Below, piece by piece: positions 10,241-20,835 of a stretch of 64,000 nt of DNA (positions are counted from its first letter, which is position 1; every line of letters starts with the position of its first letter). The stretch spans positions 96,001-160,000 of the forward strand of contig CAWDPO010000025.1 of NCBI GenBank assembly GCA_963804165.1, written 5' to 3'. This DNA comes from an uncultured delta proteobacterium. Lineage in GTDB: Bacteria; Desulfobacterota; Binatia; UBA9968. Under the pieces are notes generated by a model. The model made no database searches and had not been told where the DNA came from. It saw nothing but the letters and a program-made list of their open reading frames with translations. A program made the position numbers and the translations under genes.

Positions 10241-10831
10241 ATGCAGCAGAAACATGCGCTGATCGTGGTCGATGTGCAGAACGATTTTTGCCCGGGCGGC
10301 GCTTTGGCCGTCCGAGACGGCGACGCCGTGGTGCCGATCTTGAACCGATATATCGAGCGATTTTCACAAGCTCGCCTGCCGGTTGTCGCCACGCGCGACT
10401 GGCACCCCGAGAAGACCGGTCACTTCAAGCGCTTTGGCGGGCTCTGGCCGGAGCATTGTGTCCAGCACACCCGGGGCGCCGAGTTTCACCCTAGCCTAAA
10501 GCTCGGCGCGGACGCGATCATAGTCTCCACGGGGACGGCGCCGGACGAAGACGGTTATTCCGCGTTCCAAGGTAAAGACTCTTCTGGAGCCACGCTCGCG
10601 GAGTTGCTACGTCGACGGGGCGTTGAGACGATCTTCGTCGGCGGCCTGGCCACCGATTATTGTGTCAAGCATACCGTTCTCGACGGCTTGAAACACGGCC
10701 TCAATGTCGTGGTTGTCGTCGACGCGATCCGGGGCGTTGACTTGAACCCGAACGATTCCCAGCAAGCGCTGGCAGAAATGAACCAAGCCGGCGCCACCAC
10801 GATCAGCGGCATCGAAGCATTGCGCCTGTAA
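10241..10831 (+). CDS. pncA: Nicotinamidase/pyrazinamidase
   Basis: VDVQNDFCPGGALAV, RDWHP, WPEHCVQ, YSAF, GLATDYCV. Confidence 0.93.
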   Translation: MQQKHALIVVDVQNDFCPGGALAVRDGDAVVPILNRYIERFSQARLPVVATRDWHPEKTGHFKRFGGLWPEHCVQHTRGAEFHPSLKLGADAIIVSTGTAPDEDGYSAFQGKDSSGATLAELLRRRGVETIFVGGLATDYCVKHTVLDGLKHGLNVVVVVDAIRGVDLNPNDSQQALAEMNQAGATTISGIEALRL

Positions 10832-10917
10832 CCGTCAACGCGAATGACTTGGCGTTGGCTGGGTTTGCCTCGAATTCCGTTCTGGTGTCTAATTGATCCG
10901 TTTATGCGAGGTGTGAA

Positions 10918-11721
10918 TTGACCAATGCGTTCCAATACAACAAAGAACTGACGGCGGCGGAGAGCGCGGCCCGTGACGCGGGCGCGGCGGTAATGGCCCT
11001 GTTTAAGGGTAAATACGATGTCCGTGAGAAAAGCAGAAATAATCCGGTCACTACGGCCGACATCGAGGCCAATCGGATTATCCGCGAAACGATTGCCGAG
11101 GCATTTCCCGGCGACGGCTGGCTGTCGGAAGAGGATCAGGACAATACCGATCGATTGGCCCTGTCGCGCATTTGGGTCGTCGATCCCATCGATGGGACCA
11201 AAGAGTTTATCGAAGGGGTGCCACAATTTGCGATCTCCATCGCGTTCGTGGTCGATGGTCGTCCTAAAATAGCGGTTGTTTATAACCCGGCGAAGGAGCG
11301 ATTTTATAAAGCCGCGTTTGGCCAAGGCGCATCTTTGAACAACGAAACGATTCGGGTCAGTTCGAGAAGCGAGATCAATGGCGCCGCCCTTCTAGTCAGC
11401 CGTTCCGAGCCGCAGAAAAAATTTCAGGTCTTTGTCGACCACTGTGACATTAGACCCGTCGGCAGCATTGCGTATCGCCTCGCCAAAGTGGCTGGCGGCG
11501 ATGGCGACTGCACCATCACGTTCCGCAACATTCACGAGTGGGATATTTGTGCCGGCGTGCTCATGGTTGAGGAAGCGGGCGGCAAGGTGGTTGACGGTGA
11601 GGGCAACGCGATGAACTTTAATCGCGAGCTGCCGAAGCATCGTGGTGTCGTCGCCGCCAACGCCCGTTTGAGCGAGGGTTTGCAGAGTCTGTGGGCCGAT
11701 GCCATGGCAGTTAAGAAATAG
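10918..11721 (+). CDS. cysQ: 3'(2'),5'-bisphosphate nucleotidase CysQ / inositol monophosphatase family
   Basis: PVTTAD, LSEE, WVVDPIDGTKEF, VSRSE, GSIAY, EWDICAG. Confidence 0.8.
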   Translation: MTNAFQYNKELTAAESAARDAGAAVMALFKGKYDVREKSRNNPVTTADIEANRIIRETIAEAFPGDGWLSEEDQDNTDRLALSRIWVVDPIDGTKEFIEGVPQFAISIAFVVDGRPKIAVVYNPAKERFYKAAFGQGASLNNETIRVSSRSEINGAALLVSRSEPQKKFQVFVDHCDIRPVGSIAYRLAKVAGGDGDCTITFRNIHEWDICAGVLMVEEAGGKVVDGEGNAMNFNRELPKHRGVVAANARLSEGLQSLWADAMAVKK

Positions 11722-11753
11722 GTCGGCGCAAATCCCGGCTGAGAGCGACGACG

Positions 11754-12077
11754 ATGCGTAAATGTGTTTACTGCAGTGAAAGCGCGAGGCTGTTCGGGAG
11801 AGTCTGCAGTGATTGTAAAAAACTGCTCGCCCGCGTAGCAGAGCTGCGTGGCAAAGTAAGCTATGGCCAGTTTCTTGACGGGCTAGAGCAGACCGGCGTC
11901 GATAAAGACAAAATATTGGTTTTTCTCAAAGCTGATCCTGACGGCAAGGGCAGCGTCCAGGACCAAGTGACTGCGGAAATGGCCACCGAGCTCATGAAAG
12001 TCATGGGGATCTCCGGCCGCCAGTCCGCCGACGAAGTCAAGCGAATTCGCGATGTCCTTGGCAAAGACTCAGAGTAG
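11754..12077 (+). CDS. Hypothetical protein with an N-terminal CxxC-x10-CxxC putative Zn ribbon
   Basis: MRKCVYC...VCSDCKK; co-oriented within the operon. Confidence 0.7.
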   Translation: MRKCVYCSESARLFGRVCSDCKKLLARVAELRGKVSYGQFLDGLEQTGVDKDKILVFLKADPDGKGSVQDQVTAEMATELMKVMGISGRQSADEVKRIRDVLGKDSE

Positions 12078-12096
12078 ATGACGGCCGCATCCGACA

Positions 12097-12576
12097 ATGA
12101 CCGTCACGATTTATCTTTCACTGATATTCCTGGTGCTCTACCTGGTCGGTTGGGTAATCCATCGTTGGATCTTTTTGCGCGACCGTCGACGCATGGAAAC
12201 CGAAAGCCGCGGTGAAGCGCGAGTGATCGCGAAAGTCGACGACGTCACGCCGGGCTCGGTGAAGAAATTTTGGTTGATCTGCCAGAAGTACCGTTTGGAC
12301 GCCTTTCTCATCAACGACAGCGGCAGGTTCCACGCGTACGTCAATCGCTGCCGGCACATGCCGACGCCGCTCGACTTTGTGCGCGATGAATTTCTCAGTG
12401 ACGACGGCCGATTTTTGCGCTGTTACACGCACGGCGCGCTGTACGAATTTGCCACGGGGCTGTGCGTGGACGGCCCGTGCAAAGGGGAGTCGCTCTATCG
12501 CTTGCCGGTGCACGTGGACCGTGGCGAAGTCCTCGTCGGCTGTCCGGAAGGCGACCTGAAACAGCTTGCAGATTGA
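12097..12576 (+). CDS. Membrane-anchored Rieske [2Fe-2S] protein
   Basis: N-terminal TM helix; NRCRH...RCYTHGALY...GPCKG. Confidence 0.88.
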   Translation: MTVTIYLSLIFLVLYLVGWVIHRWIFLRDRRRMETESRGEARVIAKVDDVTPGSVKKFWLICQKYRLDAFLINDSGRFHAYVNRCRHMPTPLDFVRDEFLSDDGRFLRCYTHGALYEFATGLCVDGPCKGESLYRLPVHVDRGEVLVGCPEGDLKQLAD

Positions 12577-12587
12577 AGGACATCACA

Positions 12588-12962
12588 ATGAGCACGGGAC
12601 AAAAGAAACCCATAGGTAAATGGGTCGGCGCGGTGGGCGAACTGGAGCACGGCAACAGCAAGAAATTCTCCCTGCGCCGCGGTCAACGCGATATCGAAGG
12701 TCTCCTGGTGAACTTCCAAGGTAGCTACTTCGCGTATATCAATCGTTGCCCCCACACCGGGATCACGCTCGATTGGGTGAATAACCAGTTCTTCAGCTCG
12801 GACCAACGTTATCTTATGTGCGCCACTCACGGCGCGGTGTTCGAGCCGCCGACGGGCGAATGCGTTTGGGGGCCGTGCTTCGGTCTATCGCTGCAAAGCG
12901 TGCCGATCGAGATCGACGGCGGGCAAATTTACGCGCGTCTTCCCGGCGCGAACGACGACTGA
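12588..12962 (+). CDS. Soluble Rieske [2Fe-2S] ferredoxin
   Basis: NRCPH...MCATHGAVF...GPCFG; GAAGGA RBS before the ATG at 12588. Confidence 0.9.
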   Translation: MSTGQKKPIGKWVGAVGELEHGNSKKFSLRRGQRDIEGLLVNFQGSYFAYINRCPHTGITLDWVNNQFFSSDQRYLMCATHGAVFEPPTGECVWGPCFGLSLQSVPIEIDGGQIYARLPGANDD

Positions 12963-13003
12963 TCGTCCCGCAGGAGCGACCGAGCCTACGTCAGGAGGAT
13001 GCC

Positions 13004-13348
13004 ATGACCGATTGCCTGTTTTGCGGTATCGTCGGAGGAAAAATCAAGGCCAACATCGTTTATCAAAACGATTACGTCGTGGTCTTCAGAGACATCAATC
13101 CTAAAGCGTCGGTTCATCTTCTCATCATCCCGCGCAAGCATATTGCGGGTGTCCTCGATATCGAGCCGGAAGATAGCGCCGTCATCGGCGAGATTTTCCT
13201 GGTAGCGGGTCAGCTCGCTCGCGACCACGGAATCGCCGAGAGCGGCTTCCGTGTCGTGGTCAATTCGGGGCCGGACGCGGGTCAAAGCGTATTTCACTTG
13301 CATTATCACCTCATGGGCGGACGTCAGATGACCTGGCCGCCAGGTTAA
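13004..13348 (+). CDS. hinT: Histidine triad nucleotide-binding protein
   Basis: DCLFC, FRDINP, AGQSVFHLHYHLMGGR, WPPG; AGGAGG RBS. Confidence 0.93.
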   Translation: MTDCLFCGIVGGKIKANIVYQNDYVVVFRDINPKASVHLLIIPRKHIAGVLDIEPEDSAVIGEIFLVAGQLARDHGIAESGFRVVVNSGPDAGQSVFHLHYHLMGGRQMTWPPG

Positions 13349-13400
13349 TCTGGTTGAACTGCTATTCGTCTTTTTTTCTAAACGATCAGCGGAGGACACG

Positions 13401-14660
13401 ATGGCGGGCGAAGAGTGGCACAGCGCGACGAGTGACATGGCGATACAGCAGTTCGATATCGCCGCCGACAAGTTAGTGATCGATCCCAATATAGCGGCCC
13501 GTTTGCGTCGACCGGAGAGGGCCATGATCGTCAGCGTGCCGACGCGCATGGATGACGGCCATGTGCACGTTTTTAGCGGCTATCGAGTTCAGCACAACGA
13601 TGTTCTCGGCCCGTTCAAGGGCGGCATTCGCTACCACCCCGCAGTCAATCTCGGTGAAGTGTCGGCTTTGGCGATGTGGATGACCTGGAAATGTTCTTTG
13701 GTGGGCTTGCCTCTGGGGGGAGCCAAAGGCGGCATCACTTGTGATCCGGCGCAACTATCGCGCGCCGAGCTACAGTCCATGACTCGGCGCTTCACCGCGG
13801 AGATGTTGAACTTTATCGGGCCGGAGGTCGACGTGCCAGCGCCGGATATGGGCACCAACGAACAGGTGATGGCCTGGATCATGGACACGTATTCGCAACA
13901 TAAGGGACATGCTGTTCCAGAAATCGTTACAGGTAAGCCGGTGGCCATTGGCGGAACGATGGGGCGCCGAGAAGCGACGGGCCGCGGCGTGGTCTACACG
14001 ATTATTGAAGCCGCCAAACAACTCGGCCTCGATCTTTCCCAGTGCACCGCGGTGGTGCAAGGCTTCGGCAACGTCGGATCGGTTGCCGTTGAAGAACTTG
14101 CCAAAATCGGCGTCAAGGTCATCGGCGTATCGGACCGCACCGGCGGCTTTGTCGACCTCAAGGGATTGCCCGTCGACAAGCTCATCGAAGTTGCGGATAA
14201 GAACCATAGCCTCCAAGGGTGTCCTTACGGTGACAAGATTACCAACGAAGAATTGCTTGAGCTCAAGTGTGACGTGCTCGTTCCGGCGGCATTGGAGATG
14301 CAAATTACCAAGACCAATGCCGCGCGTTTGCAGTGCCGTATACTTGCCGAAGGAGCCAATGGCCCGACCACGCCGGAGGCTGACGTTATTCTTAAAGACA
14401 ACGGTGTGTTCGTAATTCCCGATATCTTGGCGAACGCCGGCGGCGTGATCGTGTCCTACTTCGAATGGGTGCAAGATCTGCAAAATTTCTTTTGGACCGA
14501 GGAAGAAGTTACTAAGAAATTGAGAGATATTCTGATCAAAGCGTTTTACGAAGTGCTTCAAATGAGCCGCAAACACGACGTCGATATGCGCCTGGCGGCG
14601 CTGATGATCGGCATCGAACGGGTGACACGGGCGATGCTGTGGCGTGGGCTCTACGCTTAG
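13401..14660 (+). CDS. gdhA: Glu/Leu/Phe/Val dehydrogenase (glutamate dehydrogenase)
   Basis: GYRVQHN, GPFKGGIRYHP, MTWK, GGAKGG, PAPDMGT, GFGNVG, EGANGPTT, NAGGVIVSYFEWVQ. Confidence 0.93.
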   Translation: MAGEEWHSATSDMAIQQFDIAADKLVIDPNIAARLRRPERAMIVSVPTRMDDGHVHVFSGYRVQHNDVLGPFKGGIRYHPAVNLGEVSALAMWMTWKCSLVGLPLGGAKGGITCDPAQLSRAELQSMTRRFTAEMLNFIGPEVDVPAPDMGTNEQVMAWIMDTYSQHKGHAVPEIVTGKPVAIGGTMGRREATGRGVVYTIIEAAKQLGLDLSQCTAVVQGFGNVGSVAVEELAKIGVKVIGVSDRTGGFVDLKGLPVDKLIEVADKNHSLQGCPYGDKITNEELLELKCDVLVPAALEMQITKTNAARLQCRILAEGANGPTTPEADVILKDNGVFVIPDILANAGGVIVSYFEWVQDLQNFFWTEEEVTKKLRDILIKAFYEVLQMSRKHDVDMRLAALMIGIERVTRAMLWRGLYA

Positions 14661-14760
14661 TGTAGTTGGTCGCTTTCATCGGATGGGCAGCGACCTGCAT
14701 TGAAGCCGCGCCGAGAACCTGTTAACCAAAGGGAAAAGCGGAAAAAGAGGACGTTAGGAA

Positions 14761-15321
14761 ATGGTTCAAGCGACGCAATTAAGACCGGGAATGATCATCA
14801 TCCATGAAGGCGATCTCTTTCGGGTGACCGCGGTTCATCATTTGACGCCCGGCAACAAGCGCGGCTTCATGCAGACCAAGATGAAAAACCTGAGGACCGG
14901 AATCGGCACGGAATATAAATTCCGCTCCGAAGATCGCGTTGATCAGGCGATTCTGGAAAACCGTCATATGCAGTACCTCTATGCCGAAGGGGATCTGCAC
15001 ACATTTATGGATACAGAGAACTACGAGCAAATTGCATTGCCCGCCCAAGACATCGGGGATCTGTTGTCGTATTTGCTGCCGAACTCCGTCGTCGGCATCG
15101 AGTTTCATGACGGAAAACCGGTGGGTATCAATCCGCCATCGACCGTCGATTTGGAAGTTGTCGACACCGAGCCTTCCATGAAAGGCGCTACGGCCAGCGC
15201 GTCTTATAAACCGGCAAAGTTGGAGACCGGAGTGACGGTGCAAGTGCCGCCGTTTATTCAGGTGGGTGATAAAGTGCGTATCGACCCGACTGACGGCTCG
15301 TATCAGGAGCGGGTCAAGTAA
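14761..15321 (+). CDS. efp: Elongation factor P with an atypical PGN tip
   Basis: 186 aa; MQYLY, FMDTENYEQ, KPAKLETG, VPPFI, YQERV; tip loop TPGNKRG. Confidence 0.95.
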   Translation: MVQATQLRPGMIIIHEGDLFRVTAVHHLTPGNKRGFMQTKMKNLRTGIGTEYKFRSEDRVDQAILENRHMQYLYAEGDLHTFMDTENYEQIALPAQDIGDLLSYLLPNSVVGIEFHDGKPVGINPPSTVDLEVVDTEPSMKGATASASYKPAKLETGVTVQVPPFIQVGDKVRIDPTDGSYQERVK

Positions 15322-15910
15322 CTTTGATTCTTTCTAATACCGCCTGGACTTGGTTCTCGAGGTCTTCCAGACTACCGTTATTTTCGATCACGTAATCCGC
15401 GAGTCGCCGCTTTTCTTCCAAGCTCATTTGCGCATCAATATGTTTCTGAGCTTCTATTGCCCCCAGGCCGTCTCGTTGTTGGAGACGCCGTCGCTGGGTA
15501 TCGACGTCGCATGCGACCAAGACAACCGGCCGAAGCCATTCTTGCAAATTGCCCTCGAAGAGAAGCGGTACTTCATAGACGACTACGGCGCGTCCGGCGC
15601 CGGCGTACTCGCGGATTCGTTGCTCCGCGAGCGCGCGGACCCGCGGATGAATGATCGATTCGATTCGTTTCCTCGCTGCGGCGTCATTGAAGATAAGGGC
15701 GCGAAGTTTTTGGCGATCGAGGGTGCGGTCCAACTGCAACACTTCGGCGCCGAACGTGTCGACGATCTCTCTCCAGGCGTCGCACCCGGGCTCGACGACT
15801 TCACGCGCCAATTCATCCGCGTTGATGATGGCGGCTCCGTGACCCTTGAGAATTTTCGCCACCGTGCTTTTGCCTGAGGCGATGCCGCCGGTTAAGCCGA
15901 TTAATTTCAC
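15314..15910 (-). CDS. coaE: Dephospho-CoA kinase
   Basis: GLTGGIASGKST, LDRQKL, IIHPRV, VPLLFE, QMSLEEK. Confidence 0.96.
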   Translation of the reverse strand: MKLIGLTGGIASGKSTVAKILKGHGAAIINADELAREVVEPGCDAWREIVDTFGAEVLQLDRTLDRQKLRALIFNDAAARKRIESIIHPRVRALAEQRIREYAGAGRAVVVYEVPLLFEGNLQEWLRPVVLVACDVDTQRRRLQQRDGLGAIEAQKHIDAQMSLEEKRRLADYVIENNGSLEDLENQVQAVLERIKVT

Positions 15911-15997
15911 GCAACACTAATGGCAAAATGGCCGCTGGCTTTCAAGCGAGCCGCAAACGAGGGATAATGTCGTTACGGGATTGGGGGGCGGAATTCG

Positions 15998-16261
15998 ATG
16001 GCCGAGGTCGTTATTTACACGACGAGCTATTGTCCGTATTGCACGGGAGCAAAGTCCCTGATGCGGGCGAAGAATGTCTCCTTTGAAGAGATCGACGTCA
16101 CCCGCGATTCGGCGAAAAGAGCGGAGATGGAACGGCGGTCGCAAAGGTGGACGGTGCCGCAGATTTTTATCGATGGCACACCGATCGGCGGTTATGATGA
16201 TGCGCGGCAGTTGGACGCGACCGGCGAGCTTGATCGTTTGCTGGGACGTAGATTGGGCTGA
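15998..16261 (+). CDS. grxC: Glutaredoxin 3
   Basis: CPYC, TVPQIFI, GGYDD, GELDRLL. Confidence 0.93.
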   Translation: MAEVVIYTTSYCPYCTGAKSLMRAKNVSFEEIDVTRDSAKRAEMERRSQRWTVPQIFIDGTPIGGYDDARQLDATGELDRLLGRRLG

Positions 16262-16311
16262 GATTGGGTTGTGCAGATCACGGGCGAAACGAGTCGGATG
16301 AGGGTTGAAAC

Positions 16312-16387
16312 TGGAGGCGGCGAGCGGATTCGAACCGCTGCATCGAGGTTTTGCAGACCTCTCCCTTAACCACTTGGGTACGCCGCC
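16312..16387 (-). tRNA. tRNA-Cys (GCA)
   Basis: 76-nt cloverleaf: GGCGGCG/CGCCGCC acceptor stem, GAGGT-CTGCAAA-ACCTC anticodon arm, TTCGAAT T loop, discriminator U and an encoded CCA. Confidence 0.97.
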
Positions 16388-16446
16388 CTGGAAAAGATAG
16401 GTAGCATGAACCTTCCGCGATTTTCAACAACGGCGTAATTTATTGA

Positions 16447-17835
<1,389 letters not shown>

Positions 17836-17878
17836 CGAGCCGGGAGAACCTGAGATCCGTAGCGAAACGAAGACAGAG

Positions 17879-18391
17879 TTGCATTCTATCGAAGAGCCAC
17901 AGGAGGAGAAGATCGCCTGTGGCTCTTTCTCGTCCGGCGACAGTGTGCGATTTCGACCGATGACCACCGCCGACCTAGATGAGGTAATGGGGATCGAACG
18001 GACGTCGTTTCGATTTCCATGGAGTACCGGATTTTTCCTTCAGGAATTGCAGGTCGCCTGTGCGCGTTCAATTCTTGCCGAGATCGACGGACGAATAGTC
18101 GGTTATATTCTCTTCTGGCTATTGCCCGGGGCGGTCGATATCCACAACATCGCGGTACACGTCGACTTTCGTCGTCGCGGCATTGCGCGCGCGCTTCTGG
18201 GCAAGATTGTGACCGAGGCGAGCCGCCAATCAAACCTTCGAGTGATACTTGAGGTTCGAAGATCGAATTTACCGGCTCAAAAGCTTTACGAGTCGATGGG
18301 TTTCTCTACCACAAGTATTCGAAAAGGTTATTATTCAGACGATGGGGAAGACGCGTTGGCGATGTCCTTGGAGTTGGCTTCCAACCCCTGA
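17879..18391 (+). CDS. rimI: Ribosomal protein S18 alanine N-acetyltransferase (start uncertain, possibly 17960)
   Basis: IERTSFRFPWS, NIAV...RRRGIA, LEVRRSN, RKGYY, EDALAM. Confidence 0.9.
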   Translation: MHSIEEPQEEKIACGSFSSGDSVRFRPMTTADLDEVMGIERTSFRFPWSTGFFLQELQVACARSILAEIDGRIVGYILFWLLPGAVDIHNIAVHVDFRRRGIARALLGKIVTEASRQSNLRVILEVRRSNLPAQKLYESMGFSTTSIRKGYYSDDGEDALAMSLELASNP

Positions 18392-18494
18392 TTCGCATGC
18401 TCCATTTTGGTCCGTCCCGCGGTTCTCATCGAATGTTAATATTTAATATCTAAACTGTTGAAACGTTTATTCTTTTCGTACTCCTCTCCTGCAC

Positions 18495-18523
18495 TTGACG
18501 GCTTCTCTGCGTGTGTGTATAAC
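18495..18523 (+). promoter_or_regulatory. Sigma70-type promoter for carD
   Basis: TTGACG-17 bp-TATAAC with a TG-rich spacer end; implies a leader of about 240 nt. Confidence 0.55.
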
Positions 18524-18772
18524 TTAAATGTTAACTCCACGTGAAATGGCGGTCAGCTCCATCGACCGCTAATTTTTTTCGGTCCCGAACCGGGACGAAA
18601 GAGAGCGGCATGCTAGAGACGTTTTACGCACATCCAAAAAATAGTCTGCCGTTCAGCAAACCCTTCCTCAATCTGTATTTCTCTCGTAATAGCCAGCTTC
18701 ACGATTTAGCCAGTCATTGCCGAGGCAAATTCATTCAAAACCGATAAAGTTTCGATTCAGGAGGAGATCCCT

Positions 18773-19255
18773 ATGTTTAAAGTTGGCGAGAAAGTTGTTT
18801 ACCCTGCCCATGGGGTAGGAGAGATTGAAGCGATACGTTCCCATGTGATATCGGGCACCGAGAAAAGGTTCTACATGCTCCGAATCCTCGAAACCGATAT
18901 GAAGATAATGATTCCGATAGATCACGTGGAGTCGGTTGGGTTGCGCAAAATCATCGATCGCGCCATGGTGACCAAAGTGTATAAGGTGCTGCGCCAGAAA
19001 AAAATCGAAACAGATCAGCAAACCTGGAACCGGCGATATCGGGAATATACGGAAAAAATCAAAACCGGATCCATACTTGAGATTGCAAAAGTATTGCGCG
19101 ATCTGTTTGTCCTGAAAGGCGACAAGGAGCTTTCCTTCGGTGAAAGAAAGATGCTGGATACGGCGCGAAATCTGCTAGTCAAAGAATTGTCGATCGCGCG
19201 CTCCCATTCCGAGGAGAAGATCATGGAGGAATTGCGCCATATCTTTACCCATTAA
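18773..19255 (+). CDS. carD: CarD/CdnL transcription regulator
   Basis: FKVGEKVVYPAHGVG, VGLR, TWNRRYRE, KELSFGERKML; AGGAGGAG RBS. Confidence 0.96.
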   Translation: MFKVGEKVVYPAHGVGEIEAIRSHVISGTEKRFYMLRILETDMKIMIPIDHVESVGLRKIIDRAMVTKVYKVLRQKKIETDQQTWNRRYREYTEKIKTGSILEIAKVLRDLFVLKGDKELSFGERKMLDTARNLLVKELSIARSHSEEKIMEELRHIFTH

Positions 19256-19282
19256 CGCTGCCTTGATTGACCGCCATTTTTC

Positions 19283-19318
19283 AAGAGCCGAGAGCCAAGC
19301 CCTCGGCTCTTTTGTTTT
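19283..19318 (+). terminator. Intrinsic terminator/attenuator between carD and ispD
   Basis: AAGAGCCGAG-N9-CTCGGCTCTT followed by TTGTTTT. Confidence 0.7.
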
Positions 19319-19324
19319 GACCTG

Positions 19325-20026
19325 ATGAAACACGTTACCGCGATCGTGCTTGCCGCCGGTGAAGGCCGCCGTATCGGGGGTGAAGTTCCTAAGGCCTACC
19401 TATCGATAGCCGGCCGTCCATTGGTGCTCCGAACTTTGGATCGAATGTTCTCGTCACAAGCCGTGAAAAACGTCGTGCTGGTGGTTGCCGCCGTCGAATT
19501 GACGCGCTGTGAAACCATGTTGCGCGCTGATCCGGCGCTGCAAGATCGCGCTTGGCTTCTGCAAGTCGGCGGCGCGACTCGCCAGCAGTCGGCGAAGCGC
19601 GGTTTGGAAAAAGTTAGCTCCGATACCGACATCGTAATCATACACGACGGCGCGCGCCCGTTTGTATCCACTGACCTCATCGATCGGTGCGTTGAAACCG
19701 CGCCAATCAAAGGCGCGGTGGTCCCCGGTCTACCGGCGAGCGATACGATCAAAGTGGTGTCGGATGATCGTTGGATTCGACGTACTCCCGAGCGAGGCAC
19801 CTTGTGGGAGATCCAAACGCCGCAAGTTTTTGAACGGGAGTTGATTGTGGCGGCCCATGAACGAGCTGAAAAAGATCGGGCTGAGGTTACTGACGATGCG
19901 ATGGTGGTCGAGCGAATCGGCAAGCCCGTATTCGTTCTCGACGGTGAAAAAACGAACTTCAAGATTACGGTGCCGGAAGATGTGTGGCTCGCCGAAACTC
20001 TAATTCGGGAAGGATGCGTGCCTTAA
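19325..20026 (+). CDS. ispD: 2-C-methyl-D-erythritol 4-phosphate cytidylyltransferase
   Basis: LAAGEGRR, GGATRQQS, IHDGARPF, DTIK, QTPQVF, TDDA, NFKITVPED. Confidence 0.95.
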   Translation: MKHVTAIVLAAGEGRRIGGEVPKAYLSIAGRPLVLRTLDRMFSSQAVKNVVLVVAAVELTRCETMLRADPALQDRAWLLQVGGATRQQSAKRGLEKVSSDTDIVIIHDGARPFVSTDLIDRCVETAPIKGAVVPGLPASDTIKVVSDDRWIRRTPERGTLWEIQTPQVFERELIVAAHERAEKDRAEVTDDAMVVERIGKPVFVLDGEKTNFKITVPEDVWLAETLIREGCVP

Positions 20027-20835
20027 ATCGCTTTTTTTTGCAGTACGTCGTTGAGACTGCCGCTGCGGAATCCCTGCAGATCGACGCTCACGTAATCGAA
20101 GCCTACCTCTTTGAATTTATTCACGATGGCGTCTCTGATGGCCTTATCGAAAATCCGGTCGAGCTCGTTCTGTGAAACTTCGATTCTTGCCAGATCGCCG
20201 TGGTAACGCACGCGAAACTCGCGAAAACAAAGTTTCTTCATGAAAACTTCACAGGCACCCACCTGACGCAGCCGTTCGAGGTTGATTGCGGTGCCGTAGG
20301 GGAAACGCGAGGAGAGGCACGGGCTTGACGGTTTGTCCCACGTCGGCAAATCGAGTTCGCGGCTGTAACGCCGGATATCCTCTTTAGTCATCTCTGCTTC
20401 GACCAAGGGATGGCGCACGCCCCATTCATCCGCGGCTTTGAGTCCCGGTCGATGATCCTGTAAGTCATCTAAATTTGTTCCGTCAACGATCGTCTGTATG
20501 GCAAGTTTGTCGGCTTCCGCGCGACAGATGCGATACAGTTCATCTTTGCAGAAGAAACAACGGTTGACCGGATTCTGCGCGTACGACGGATTTGCCAACT
20601 CATGGGACTCAAGGACAATGTGGCGGCATCCCAAGCGACCGGCAAATTCTTTGGCAGCGTCGAGATCCCATGGCGGCGCACTGGGTGAAGATGCCGTCAA
20701 TGCCACAACCCCGTCACGAAGCGCCAGATGCGCGGCTTTGAGCAGGAAAGTCGAATCAACGCCGGCAGAAAACGCGACTAACAGCGATTCCTGTTCGCGA
20801 AGGAGCTGCGTCAGGCGTTCGAATTTTGCGTCCAT
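20023..20835 (-). CDS. larE: ATP-dependent sulfur transferase LarE
   Basis: [14 protein letters not shown]-loop, [40 protein letters not shown]. Confidence 0.92.
   Translation of the reverse strand: MDAKFERLTQLLREQESLLVAFSAGVDSTFLLKAAHLALRDGVVALTASSPSAPPWDLDAAKEFAGRLGCRHIVLESHELANPSYAQNPVNRCFFCKDELYRICRAEADKLAIQTIVDGTNLDDLQDHRPGLKAADEWGVRHPLVEAEMTKEDIRRYSRELDLPTWDKPSSPCLSSRFPYGTAINLERLRQVGACEVFMKKLCFREFRVRYHGDLARIEVSQNELDRIFDKAIRDAIVNKFKEVGFDYVSVDLQGFRSGSLNDVLQKKAI

Noticed and set aside
16312-16387. tRNA-Cys as an island integration site
   Set aside because: Flanked by core-type genes; no integrase, and I saw no duplicated tRNA 3' end in the window
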